Positions 49,119 to 58,769 of a stretch of 58,842 bases of DNA are shown here, in pieces. Origin of the DNA: Cytophagales bacterium (lineage in GTDB: Bacteria; Bacteroidota; Bacteroidia; Cytophagales; UBA9547); NCBI GenBank assembly GCA_043769845.1, contig JAYVIX010000360.1:1-58842 (forward strand), in the 5' to 3' direction. The notes under the pieces were generated by a model that was not told the DNA's origin, did not search any database, and saw only the letters and a list, made by a program, of their open reading frames with translations. Made by a program: the position numbers and the translations under genes. Each line of letters opens with the position of its first letter. Position 1 is the first letter of the stretch.

Positions 49119-50509
49119 ATGTCCTTCGTAAAGGCGATGAACAGTTTGTTTTCCAGCATTTTATTGAGCGAATATTCGAATCGAATCACGGAATCGTAAT
49201 ACGTTACCACGTCCAATCCGATTCCGCCACCACGTAGCAACTCGTTGGAAAGCATATAGTTACCCGCTCGAATGGTAGGTGAATAAGCAAACCCAAGATC
49301 GTAATAGCTGTTCAGATAAATCGCCAAAGGCACTTTGCTGAATTGTTTGATAGGCAAAAAAGAGTTGGCGATGATTTCTTTCTCAAACAATTTTTTACGG
49401 ATCGTGAAGCGTTGCAAGCCAAAAAACTGGGCATCGATCACATACAAATCGTATCCACGTACATAATCTTGATTGTATCCGAGTGCGGTCATGTTGAAAT
49501 ACGGAACCTTGTCGGACGAATACGCCTTCCCTTTGCTTAGCGAAGCGAAATAAAACCCGTGGCCGAGCGGTTTGTATTGGGCAAAAAAGAAATCGGTAGT
49601 GGTAAAATGAATGTCGTCATGATTGGTCAAACCATTTTGCTGAACCGAAAAACCGGCATAATATCCTTTCAGCGAATACGCACGCACGTCTCGTTTATCG
49701 TAGCTGAAATCATAACCAAGCTGAAAAAATTGTTGATTTCTACTTCCGTTTAGGAAATAATTGGGATTTAGAATCGTAATCGTATCGGCAATATGCGTTT
49801 TGTTGTACTTCAGACTAAAAGAGTGTGTTCCAAAAAATGATTTCCGCAGAAAAACCGTCATTCCTGCTCGGATTCGTTCGCGCATCAAATGCGGATCTTT
49901 CAGAAATTGCTGTTTGTTGGATTTGGTATCAAACGAGACTTGCTTGTTCTGATCGTAATTGGCGTCTATTTCCATCCCGATCGTTTGTTTTTTGTTCAGA
50001 TACGGAACCGTATAACTCAAGCCAAGTCGTGTGGTAAAGCCCGTTTTGATCAAAAGCGAAAGCTCCTCTTTTCGGCCTCTAAAATTTTTGTCGCTAAACT
50101 GAATTCCATAATTGGTTCGCCTCAGATCTCGGCCTTGGTTATACCACCATTCGTTGAAACTGCGGTCTGAAAGTTCAAAAATAGGAATCGGAAAAATGTA
50201 CCAACGTTCGGTTACTTCGATGAGCAACTGTTTGTAATGCCCTGAATCTGGCAAAAACATGAAATTTACTTCATTAAATAATTTCGTGTTATAGATCCTA
50301 TTTCGGTTATTTTTAAGGAGCGAATCGGATTTTCCAGCAAAAAGTGTGTCGCCTTCGTATATATCCAATTCGCGCAGAATGATACGATCGTGGGTTCTCT
50401 TGTTTCCGCTCAGATATATTTTGCGAAGCACCACAAAATCGCTTTGCTGGGCAGCAAGTGCGCTGGGCAGCAGAAAAAGGAGGCAAGCGAAAAAGCGAAA
50501 GTGTTTCAA
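49115..50509 (-). CDS. Omp85/BamA-family outer-membrane protein (single POTRA plus barrel)
   Basis: Signal peptide, a POTRA-like VLRKIYLSGNKRTHDRIILRELDIYEGD, and a C-terminal beta-barrel pattern. Confidence 0.7.
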   Translation of the reverse strand: MKHFRFFACLLFLLPSALAAQQSDFVVLRKIYLSGNKRTHDRIILRELDIYEGDTLFAGKSDSLLKNNRNRIYNTKLFNEVNFMFLPDSGHYKQLLIEVTERWYIFPIPIFELSDRSFNEWWYNQGRDLRRTNYGIQFSDKNFRGRKEELSLLIKTGFTTRLGLSYTVPYLNKKQTIGMEIDANYDQNKQVSFDTKSNKQQFLKDPHLMRERIRAGMTVFLRKSFFGTHSFSLKYNKTHIADTITILNPNYFLNGSRNQQFFQLGYDFSYDKRDVRAYSLKGYYAGFSVQQNGLTNHDDIHFTTTDFFFAQYKPLGHGFYFASLSKGKAYSSDKVPYFNMTALGYNQDYVRGYDLYVIDAQFFGLQRFTIRKKLFEKEIIANSFLPIKQFSKVPLAIYLNSYYDLGFAYSPTIRAGNYMLSNELLRGGGIGLDVVTYYDSVIRFEYSLNKMLENKLFIAFTKDI

Positions 50510-50593
50510 AAGTTTAAAAAACAGTGTATTTCTACAAATTTAGAAAAATGCTGGTAAGGTCAATTTTAATAACTTCGTGGCAACAAATATAAA

Positions 50594-52588
50594 ATGAAGT
50601 CATTTATCGTTTCTCTAGGTCTTTGGGTGGCTTTGCTAAGTCCATGTGGCGCACAAGTGCAATGGGCTAGTAAAGTGCTTGAAGTGAGCTCGGAACTTAG
50701 TTCTAAGCAAAACGCTGCAGGTCAAGTGATGGGCGCACCAAGTGTGTTTCCGCAAGGTGGCAAATCACATGCGGCCTGGGAACCTGCCGTGAAATCGAAA
50801 ACACAGCATATCAAATTGGGATTCAGAAAAGCAATGAAGCCTCGGCAAATTATTGTAGCCGAAAACTTCCAGCCTGGTGCGGTTTCAAAAATCGTACTGA
50901 TCGACAAGTTTGGAAAGGAGCATTTGGCAAAAAAACTAAAATTAACAAAAGTGGAAGAGCCGAGCCGAATCTTTCGGATCGATTTAGGAAAATCGTCTAT
51001 CGAAACTACTTCTATTATTGTATACCTTGAAGTGAGCGGTTTTGACGAAATGCCTCAAATAGACGCCATTGGGATGAGCGAATCGGAGGAAGATTTTCAG
51101 CCCAAAATAAACCTGATCGAGATGGACATGGCCGGTTCAGATGCCGAAAATGTAGGCATTGGGGTGAACACAATCTACAAAGAAGTGGCTCCTGTGATCA
51201 GTCCCGACCATAAAGTGCTGTATTTTACGCGCGATTGTCCGCAAAACAAAGGAGGCGAAAACCAAGACGTTTGGTATTCGACCATCGATACTTTGGGACA
51301 ATTCAAATTGGGCGAAAACATTGGCACACCCATCAATAACGATCGCAACAACTATATCTGCGCCATCACGCCTGACGGCCAAACGATGCTGCTCGGCAAT
51401 ATCTATAATGAAGACGGCTCCTCTGGCGGTGGTGGACTTTCAATTGCTCGAAAAACAGGTAACAAATGGGGTTTTCCAGAAAAAATCAACATCCGAAACT
51501 ACAATAATCGTGGAAAATACACTTCGGCTTATCTCGCAAACGATGCCAAAACCTTGCTTCTAGCCATCACAAGAGACGATACGTATGGAGGTGAGGATAT
51601 TTATGTTTGTTTTCAGGATAAAAACGGCAACTGGACTCAACCGCTCAATCTTGGCAACAAAATCAATAGTGGTTCGGACGAATACACGCCATTTTTGGCT
51701 TCCGATCTCAGCACGCTTTATTTTACTTCGGAAGGTTTTCCAGGTTTTGGAAAAGGCGATATCTATATGAGCAAGCGACTCGACAATTCTTGGAAAAACT
51801 GGACAGAACCTGTCAATCTAGGGCCAATCTTCAACACAGCATTGTCTGATTTTTATTTCACCATTCCTGCATCTGGCGAACATGCCTATTATGTTTCCTC
51901 GGCCAATTCGTTTGGCGCGACTGATATTTTTCGAGTAAAACTTCCTTTCGAACTACAACCTAGCCCGGTCGTGATGGTAAAAGGTCGCGTACTGAACTCG
52001 AAAACAAATGCGCCAATGGAAGCTCAAATTCATTACGAAACTCTGCCACAAGGCGAAGACAAAGGCGTAGCCAATGCCGAAGCGGTAACAGGAAAATACA
52101 AAATAGTGCTGCCTCCTGGAAGCAACTATGGTTTTAGGGCTTCGAAAGAAGGATTTATGTCTGTAAACCAACACATTGATTTACAGAAGATTGAAAAATA
52201 TGTAGAAATAGAAAAGGACTTGTATTTGGTACCAATCGAGGTAGGAGAAATTGTACGGATCAATAACCTATTTTTCGAAAGCAACAAAACCGAACTCACC
52301 GAGGCTTCCTTTCCCGAAATGGATCGTTTGGCCGAAATGCTACGTAAAAATCACTCGATCCACATCGAAATTGGCGGACATACAGATGATATAGGTTCGG
52401 ATCAAGACAACCAAAAACTGTCGTACGATCGGGCAAATAAAGTCTTGCAATACCTATATATCAAAGGCGTAGAATTCTACCGAATGCAAGCCAAAGGCTA
52501 TGGCGAAACAAAACCCTTGGTGGCCAACGAGTCTGAAACAAACCGCCAACAAAACAGGCGTGTGGAATTTAAAATTGTGAAGAAATAG
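50594..52588 (+). CDS. OmpA-family protein with TolB-like beta-propeller repeats
   Basis: C-terminal OmpA-like domain (NNLFFESNK..L......L..L......I.I.GHTD..G....N..LS..RA..V...L...G) ending NRRVEFKIV. PD40-like repeats in the middle. Confidence 0.85.
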   Translation: MKSFIVSLGLWVALLSPCGAQVQWASKVLEVSSELSSKQNAAGQVMGAPSVFPQGGKSHAAWEPAVKSKTQHIKLGFRKAMKPRQIIVAENFQPGAVSKIVLIDKFGKEHLAKKLKLTKVEEPSRIFRIDLGKSSIETTSIIVYLEVSGFDEMPQIDAIGMSESEEDFQPKINLIEMDMAGSDAENVGIGVNTIYKEVAPVISPDHKVLYFTRDCPQNKGGENQDVWYSTIDTLGQFKLGENIGTPINNDRNNYICAITPDGQTMLLGNIYNEDGSSGGGGLSIARKTGNKWGFPEKINIRNYNNRGKYTSAYLANDAKTLLLAITRDDTYGGEDIYVCFQDKNGNWTQPLNLGNKINSGSDEYTPFLASDLSTLYFTSEGFPGFGKGDIYMSKRLDNSWKNWTEPVNLGPIFNTALSDFYFTIPASGEHAYYVSSANSFGATDIFRVKLPFELQPSPVVMVKGRVLNSKTNAPMEAQIHYETLPQGEDKGVANAEAVTGKYKIVLPPGSNYGFRASKEGFMSVNQHIDLQKIEKYVEIEKDLYLVPIEVGEIVRINNLFFESNKTELTEASFPEMDRLAEMLRKNHSIHIEIGGHTDDIGSDQDNQKLSYDRANKVLQYLYIKGVEFYRMQAKGYGETKPLVANESETNRQQNRRVEFKIVKK

Positions 52589-52591
52589 CGC

Positions 52592-54232
52592 ATGAATCTA
52601 GACGAAACGATCCGAAATCTTCCGCATCAACCAGGTGTGTACCAATATTTCGATGCTGAAGGGACGCTTATCTATGTAGGCAAGGCGAAGGATTTGCGCA
52701 AACGGGTTTCGTCTTATTTTCTAAAAACAGCCACTCACAGTCGCAAAACCATTTCGATGGTAAGCCAGATTGCTGAAATCAAGTTTACGGTGGTCAATTC
52801 TGAATGGGAAGCCTTTTTGCTTGAGAATAATTTCATCAAAACCAACCAGCCCAAATACAACATTCTTCTTCGGGACGACAAAACTTATCCGTATATATGT
52901 GTGTCGAACGAGCCATTTCCTCGGATCTTTTCGACACGAAGACTGAACAAATCTAAAGGCCGTTATTATGGGCCTTATTCCAACGGCAAGCTGATGGTGA
53001 GTATGTTGGAGCTTTCTAAAAAGTTATTCAACATCCGTACTTGCGACTTGGTTCTGACTGAAAAAACAGTCGCTGCTGGCAAATTCAAAGTCTGTCTCGA
53101 ATATCATATCGGCAATTGCAAAGCACCTTGTACAGGTTATCAGACTGCGGAACAATATGCTGGAAGTATCAAAGAAGCCGAAAATTTGCTGAAAGGCCAT
53201 TTGCAAACGGCCAAACGTTTTTTGCAAGACGAAATGGCGCGCCATGCCGAAGTGCTGGATTTTGAAAAAGCCGAATTGTCGCGCAAAAAGCTGGATCTGA
53301 TGGACAACTATCAGTCCAAATCAATCGTGAGCAATGCAAACAGTGAGGAAGATTTTCATGTCATCACTTTAATCAATAGACAAGAAAAAGTCGATATCAA
53401 TTATCTGAAAATTGTAGGTGGCGATATTCGCTATTCCGAAAATTTCAGCATCAAACATGTGCTCGAAGAATCGGACGAAGACATGCTTTTCTACCAACTA
53501 TTTGATATTCTGGCCAAAGAATCGCTCGATCGCAGAATTGAAGTAGTCACCAATATCGAAACTACTTATTCTCTCGACCAGAAAATCGTGATCACAAATC
53601 CCAAATTGGGCATCAAGAAAAAGCTGGTCGATATGTCGCTCAAGAACCTGGAAGAGCACATTCGCCATCGCGAGATGAACAAGCTGGACAAAGAGGACGA
53701 AAAACTGCGTGTCGTGAAATTGCTCCAACAAGAACTTCGCCTGCCCGACTTGCCACTGCACATCGAATGTTTCGACAATTCCAACTTGGGCGGAACCAAT
53801 GCCGTATCGGCCATGGTATGTTTCAAAAATGGGAAACCGTCCAAAAAAGATTATCGCCATTATAATGTCAAAACAGTAGAAGGTCCTAATGATTTTGATA
53901 CCATGAAAGAAGTCGTCTTCAGAAGATACAGACGCCTTTTGGACGAAAACCAACCTTTGCCCAATCTTATCGTCATTGACGGTGGAAAAGGACAACTAGG
54001 AATGGCGGTCGATGTACTGAAAGAATTGGGTATTTATGAAAAGGTAAGTATCGTGAGTATTGCCAAGCGTTTGGAAGAAATCTATTTTCCAGGCGATGAG
54101 TTTGCACTTCATCTGAGTAAAAAATCGCAAGCGTTGCTGTTGTTACAATTTTTAAGAGACGAAGCACATCGGTTTGGGATTACTTTTCATCGGAATAAGC
54201 GAAGTAAAGAGGTGCTGAAGGGTTTAAAATAA
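52592..54232 (+). CDS. uvrC: excinuclease ABC subunit C (short form, no C-terminal HhH pair visible)
   Basis: GIY-YIG motif GVYQYFD..G.LIYVGKAKDLRKRV, a UVR-like helix, and the endonuclease V-like domain ending DEAHRFGITFHR. Confidence 0.9.
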   Translation: MNLDETIRNLPHQPGVYQYFDAEGTLIYVGKAKDLRKRVSSYFLKTATHSRKTISMVSQIAEIKFTVVNSEWEAFLLENNFIKTNQPKYNILLRDDKTYPYICVSNEPFPRIFSTRRLNKSKGRYYGPYSNGKLMVSMLELSKKLFNIRTCDLVLTEKTVAAGKFKVCLEYHIGNCKAPCTGYQTAEQYAGSIKEAENLLKGHLQTAKRFLQDEMARHAEVLDFEKAELSRKKLDLMDNYQSKSIVSNANSEEDFHVITLINRQEKVDINYLKIVGGDIRYSENFSIKHVLEESDEDMLFYQLFDILAKESLDRRIEVVTNIETTYSLDQKIVITNPKLGIKKKLVDMSLKNLEEHIRHREMNKLDKEDEKLRVVKLLQQELRLPDLPLHIECFDNSNLGGTNAVSAMVCFKNGKPSKKDYRHYNVKTVEGPNDFDTMKEVVFRRYRRLLDENQPLPNLIVIDGGKGQLGMAVDVLKELGIYEKVSIVSIAKRLEEIYFPGDEFALHLSKKSQALLLLQFLRDEAHRFGITFHRNKRSKEVLKGLK

Positions 54233-54254
54233 ATGAATAATAATTAATATTACT

Positions 54255-54932
54255 ATGAAATTAGTCAAACGTATTTTTTCGATTGTTCTTGGCATTATAG
54301 CATTTTTCATTTTTTATATTGCCTTGGCGTATTTTCTCAGCATCATTCCAGCAAATAGCGATGCAGAAAAGCACAAAAGTGGCGTTCAAATTTTTATCAA
54401 ATCCAATGGAGTTCATGCCGATTTGGTTTTGCCAATGAAAGATTCACTTTTTGACTGGAGTACCAAAATCGATACCAGTATTTTTGTCAAAGAAACCAAA
54501 GCCATCAAATACGTGGCGCTTGGTTGGGGCGATAAAGGTTTTTACCTCGACACACCTACTTGGGCCGATCTGAAAGTTTCGACCGCCCTTTATACCATGT
54601 TTTGGCCATCGCCCACTGCCATGCATGTAACCCTAAAAACGGATGAACTTGTAGAAGGCGAACTGACCAAACGTATTTTTCTGACCAAAACACAATATCA
54701 AACCTTGCTAAATCACATTTTGGCGTCCTTTCAACAAACGCCCGACCGCAAATTGATGGCCATCAACTGTTGCCATTACAACGGAGCAAACGATATGTTT
54801 TATGAAGCAAACGGCAGCTATCATCTTTTTTACACCTGCAATAGCTGGACAAACGAAGCCTTGAAAGTGACAGGTTTGAAAACCGCTTTCTGGACACCTT
54901 CAGACAAGGGCATTTTTTGTCACTTCAAATAA
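54255..54932 (+). CDS. TIGR02117 / DUF2459-like family protein
   Basis: N-terminal TM helix then SNGVHADLVLP and WGD..FY motifs. Family call from memory. Confidence 0.55.
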   Translation: MKLVKRIFSIVLGIIAFFIFYIALAYFLSIIPANSDAEKHKSGVQIFIKSNGVHADLVLPMKDSLFDWSTKIDTSIFVKETKAIKYVALGWGDKGFYLDTPTWADLKVSTALYTMFWPSPTAMHVTLKTDELVEGELTKRIFLTKTQYQTLLNHILASFQQTPDRKLMAINCCHYNGANDMFYEANGSYHLFYTCNSWTNEALKVTGLKTAFWTPSDKGIFCHFK

Positions 54933-55537
54933 TTGGTTCGAATCTGTTTGAATGTTTTTAAAGCCATTTCTGGTTTTTTCCAAATAGCTCCCAAAACGGC
55001 CGCTCCATTAAACCCCATTTCTTTTGTTTTGGAAATATTGGAAGCATCAATTCCGCCAAGAGCAATGATGTCAGTTTTGATTGTTGACTTCCATTTATCA
55101 TTCATCCGTCCTAATGCATCATTTCGAAGATAATCTGGCTTCGAAATACTATCAAAAACAGGACTTAAAAATACGTAATCAAACACGTTTTTGTGTCTCT
55201 CGATTTCTTCTGAGGAATGAAAAGAAGAACTAATTGTCAGATTTTTGCGCTTCAATTCTTTTTTGAGTTCGACCAATTCAGTAACCGAAATCTGTAGTCG
55301 GTTTTCTTCTCTCAAATGCAAGCCTTTGATGTTGTATTTGGAAGCGAGCTCGTGAAATTGATGCAAAACGACTTTGCGTTTATGTTCAGGAGGGATAGAT
55401 TTTAGCAGTGATTCATATGCCGGTTTGATCCAAGTAGGTTTTCGCAAATGCAAAATTTCCAAGCCTTCGGCAAAAAGCTGATTGATTAGTTCGCTTTCGT
55501 TTTCTATTCTATCTGGCGAAGTGATGACGATCAGCAA
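54920..55537 (-). CDS. thiamine-phosphate synthase family protein (ThiE/TenI-like)
   Basis: 205 aa. The TIM-barrel pattern (HLR......, SSS.HS..E, FLSPVF.S.SK, ALGGI) fits the TMP-synthase fold. TTG start. Confidence 0.65.
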   Translation of the reverse strand: MLIVITSPDRIENESELINQLFAEGLEILHLRKPTWIKPAYESLLKSIPPEHKRKVVLHQFHELASKYNIKGLHLREENRLQISVTELVELKKELKRKNLTISSSFHSSEEIERHKNVFDYVFLSPVFDSISKPDYLRNDALGRMNDKWKSTIKTDIIALGGIDASNISKTKEMGFNGAAVLGAIWKKPEMALKTFKQIRTNYLK

Positions 55538-55897
55538 TGCGTTTTAATTAAAATGATGAATGTAGAAAATGAAACTGCTGATAATAGCGATTCTAGTTTT
55601 CAAAAATAACAGCAATGTTTGAATAGTGTGCTTTTTTGCTTTATTCTGAAATGTGTGGCTAAATAGTCGTCAAGTTACTCTATTCATTTGCCAATTTTGC
55701 AGAAGGGCCTGTCGTTTTTGTCAGTTGGTGGATATATTGCTGAAGTGAAAAGTCATGAATCAATGTAAGATGTTTTCTAAAAAATGCATGTACGGTGTAA
55801 ATCTTACCACCAACGGCAGGCGTTATAATAAAGAAGTGTGAGTACTTATTTTTTTGCATTTCATTATCTTTTTCTTCCGAAAGTGTATTAAGACTGA

Positions 55898-56338
55898 ATG
55901 CAAAAACGCAAAAGGAAATATTTACTCAGTATTCTGATAATCGGAAGCATTTTTACGCTTTCGTTAAAAGACACTTTGGAGGTGGCCCATGCATTTTTGC
56001 ACGCTATTCCCAATCCTTTCCACCAGCACGAGGTAGATGCTTTTCATCACCACAACGTTTCGCGACAGTCTTTTTTTAGCTATGGAAACCACAAACACAG
56101 TTTGGAAGACCATGTACATTCAGCGAAAAAAGACAAACACAATGCTTCTTCACAAAAAGACAAAAGCGAAAAGCTGGATTTGAAAAAGTCGCTAAAAACG
56201 AACCTGTTTGTGCAAGACATGGGCGAACTAAGATTCTTTTTTAGTTCCTATCTTAAGAGCAATATGTTGAATAGCGGTATTTCATTTTTTAATTATTTAC
56301 ACTCTTCTTCACCCACACCTCCGCCTGATAAGGCTTAG
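55898..56338 (+). CDS. His-rich hypothetical membrane-anchored protein
   Basis: 146 aa with an N-terminal hydrophobic anchor, then HAFLHAIPNPFHQHEVDAFHHHN...HKHSLEDHVH clusters. Confidence 0.5.
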   Translation: MQKRKRKYLLSILIIGSIFTLSLKDTLEVAHAFLHAIPNPFHQHEVDAFHHHNVSRQSFFSYGNHKHSLEDHVHSAKKDKHNASSQKDKSEKLDLKKSLKTNLFVQDMGELRFFFSSYLKSNMLNSGISFFNYLHSSSPTPPPDKA

Positions 56339-56412
56339 TTGATGATTTCATGAATTGATAAAATCATCAACACATCAATTCTTCAATTTATCAACTCATT
56401 AATTCTATTCTC

Positions 56413-58671
56413 ATGAAGAACCTATACTTCTTGAAGATACTGCTTTGTATCGGGGGAAATCTATTTGCACATAGCACTATAAAAGTAAAAGTGCTGGAAA
56501 AAGCATCTAATCAACCTGTTATCGGAGCTGTTGTTCAATTACTTGGTGAAAACAAAACGACCACATCCGACCAAAAAGGTTCGTTTCAATTCAAAGGATT
56601 GGCTGCTGGAAATTATATGATCAAGATTTCACTGATTGGTTATCACACCAAGACTGATACTATTTCGATTGAAGACAACCAGATTATTTCAAAATCGATT
56701 TACATGGACGAATCGACCGTGAACATGTCTGAAATCACCGTCACTTCGTCTCAGGATTTGGGTTTGAACACACTTAGTGCAATCGACTTCAAACTACGTC
56801 CACATCTTACTACCCAAGATTTGCTTCGTTTAGTGCCTGGGCTTTTTATCGCCCAACATGCAGGAGGTGGAAAAGCAGAACAAATCTTCTTACGAGGTTT
56901 TGATGTCGATCACGGTACAGATGTGGCCATCTCGGTCGATAATATGCCAGTGAATATGGTGTCGCACGCCCATGGGCAAGGTTATGCCGACTTACATTTC
57001 GTGATTCCTGAAACGGTCGAGAAAATGAATTTCGCCAAAGGTCCTTATGATGCTAAAGTAGGAAATTTGAATACGGCAGGTTCGGTACAGTTTCAGACGA
57101 AAAATTATTTGCCCCAGAATTTCGTCAAAACCGAGTTTGGGAGCTACAACACCTACCGTGGCGTGACGATGGTAAACCTACTGAACAAAACAGATACTTC
57201 AGACAAAAGGCACAATGCCTATGTGGCGGCTGAATATTTCTATAGCAGCAGTTATTTTCAGCGTCCGCAGGATTTTAGCAGGGTCAATTTGTTTGGCAAA
57301 TATGCTGGTCAACTGAATAGCACGACCAATGTTACCTTCTCACTTTCAAACTTTAGTAGTAGATGGGATGCTTCTGGTCAAGTGCCAGACAGGGCCGTGA
57401 ATAGTGGGCTCATTTCACGATATGGGGCGATTGATCCTTCGGAAGGAGGAAATACGTCTCGATTCAACGCCAACTTGGGTTTGACCAAGAAGCTAGACAA
57501 TGATGCAGTGATTCAAAGCAACATCTATTACGTGAAGTACAAATTCAACCTGTATTCTAACTTTACGTTTTTCAATGGCGACACGGTAAATGGGGACGGA
57601 ATCTACCAATATGACGATCGAAATGTCTTTGGTTACAACGGTTCTTTTATAAAGGAACACGATTTGGGTAACGTGAGATTGAAATCGACTGCTGGCGTTG
57701 GTTTACGAGACGACCAAGTGGGATTGATTGGACTGGCTCATCAGGAAAACAGAACGGTAGGTGACGATATCAAAAAAGGCGACCTGCACGAAACCAATTT
57801 TAGTGCTTATTTGGATGAGACGATTTCTTTCTCGCACAAACTGAGCTTGAACCTTGGTGTTCGTTTCGACAATTTCCATTTTGCCTATCGCAATCAACTG
57901 ACCGATACCGTCAATGACAAATCGACCAGTACACGCAGTATCGTAAATCCCAAGCTGAACCTGCGCTACACACCTACCAGCAATCTTCAGTTTTATGTGA
58001 GTGCCGGTTCGGGTTTTCACAGCAACGATAGCCGCGTGGCCGTGCTTAACCAAGGAATCATTTTAGCGAGAGCGATAAGTGGCGATGTGGGTACGAATGT
58101 AAGAATCGCCAAGCGATTGTTTGTGAATGCGGCTCTTTGGGCAATGGATTTGGAATCGGAACTGGTCTATGTTGGCGATGAAGGTGTATTTGAGCCAAGC
58201 GGAAAAACAAGACGTATCGGTATCGATGTGAGCGCACGATTACAAGTGTTCGATTGGATGTTTTTGGACGGAGACGTAAACGTAGCCCAACCACGATTCT
58301 TGGATGAACCCGAAGGTGTCAATTATGTGCCACTTGCGCCACCTGTTACCAGTATTGCGGGCATCAATGTGAAGTCTAAAAACGGAATCACAGGAAGTCT
58401 TCGTTACCGTTACTTGGGCAACAGGCCAGCAATTGAAGACAATTCGATCATTGCCAAAGGCTATTTTGTGACCGATGCTGTGCTATCTTATAACCACAAA
58501 AGCAAGTACCAAATAGGGATGATGATTGAAAACCTCTTTGACGAAAAGTGGAAAGAAGCACAATTTGCCACAGAATCGAGGTTGAAAGGAGAAGCTGAGG
58601 CAGTGAACGAAATCCACTTTTCGCCTGGAACTCCGTTTAATTTGAGAGGGAATTTCACGTTGTTCTTTTAG
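56413..58671 (+). CDS. TonB-dependent receptor with an N-terminal CarboxypepD_reg domain
   Basis: Signal peptide, a carboxypeptidase-regulatory-like domain (VIGAVVQL..), plug (DLLRLVPGL..., IFLRGFD), a long barrel and a terminal Phe. Confidence 0.85.
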   Translation: MKNLYFLKILLCIGGNLFAHSTIKVKVLEKASNQPVIGAVVQLLGENKTTTSDQKGSFQFKGLAAGNYMIKISLIGYHTKTDTISIEDNQIISKSIYMDESTVNMSEITVTSSQDLGLNTLSAIDFKLRPHLTTQDLLRLVPGLFIAQHAGGGKAEQIFLRGFDVDHGTDVAISVDNMPVNMVSHAHGQGYADLHFVIPETVEKMNFAKGPYDAKVGNLNTAGSVQFQTKNYLPQNFVKTEFGSYNTYRGVTMVNLLNKTDTSDKRHNAYVAAEYFYSSSYFQRPQDFSRVNLFGKYAGQLNSTTNVTFSLSNFSSRWDASGQVPDRAVNSGLISRYGAIDPSEGGNTSRFNANLGLTKKLDNDAVIQSNIYYVKYKFNLYSNFTFFNGDTVNGDGIYQYDDRNVFGYNGSFIKEHDLGNVRLKSTAGVGLRDDQVGLIGLAHQENRTVGDDIKKGDLHETNFSAYLDETISFSHKLSLNLGVRFDNFHFAYRNQLTDTVNDKSTSTRSIVNPKLNLRYTPTSNLQFYVSAGSGFHSNDSRVAVLNQGIILARAISGDVGTNVRIAKRLFVNAALWAMDLESELVYVGDEGVFEPSGKTRRIGIDVSARLQVFDWMFLDGDVNVAQPRFLDEPEGVNYVPLAPPVTSIAGINVKSKNGITGSLRYRYLGNRPAIEDNSIIAKGYFVTDAVLSYNHKSKYQIGMMIENLFDEKWKEAQFATESRLKGEAEAVNEIHFSPGTPFNLRGNFTLFF

Positions 58672-58713
58672 TTTATGACGAAAATTCAAATTTATCCATC
58701 AGTTCTTCACAAA

Positions 58714-58747
58714 AAAGATCCTAATCAATTTCTTGATTAGGATCTTT
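58714..58747. terminator. bidirectional terminator
   Basis: Perfect 15-bp stem aaagatcctaatcaa / ttgattaggatcttt with a 4-nt loop. Confidence 0.7.
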
Positions 58748-58769
58748 AAGCCTTTGATTAGAAAAACTA

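Noticed and set aside
53498-53995. 165-aa and 92-aa minus-strand ORFs
   Set aside because: Antisense to uvrC. Shadow ORFs.
55538-55700. TPP riboswitch expected upstream of the thiE-like gene (minus strand)
   Set aside because: Neither the CTGAGA nor the ACCTGATCTGGATAATGCCAGCG-type conserved elements (or their complements) are present.
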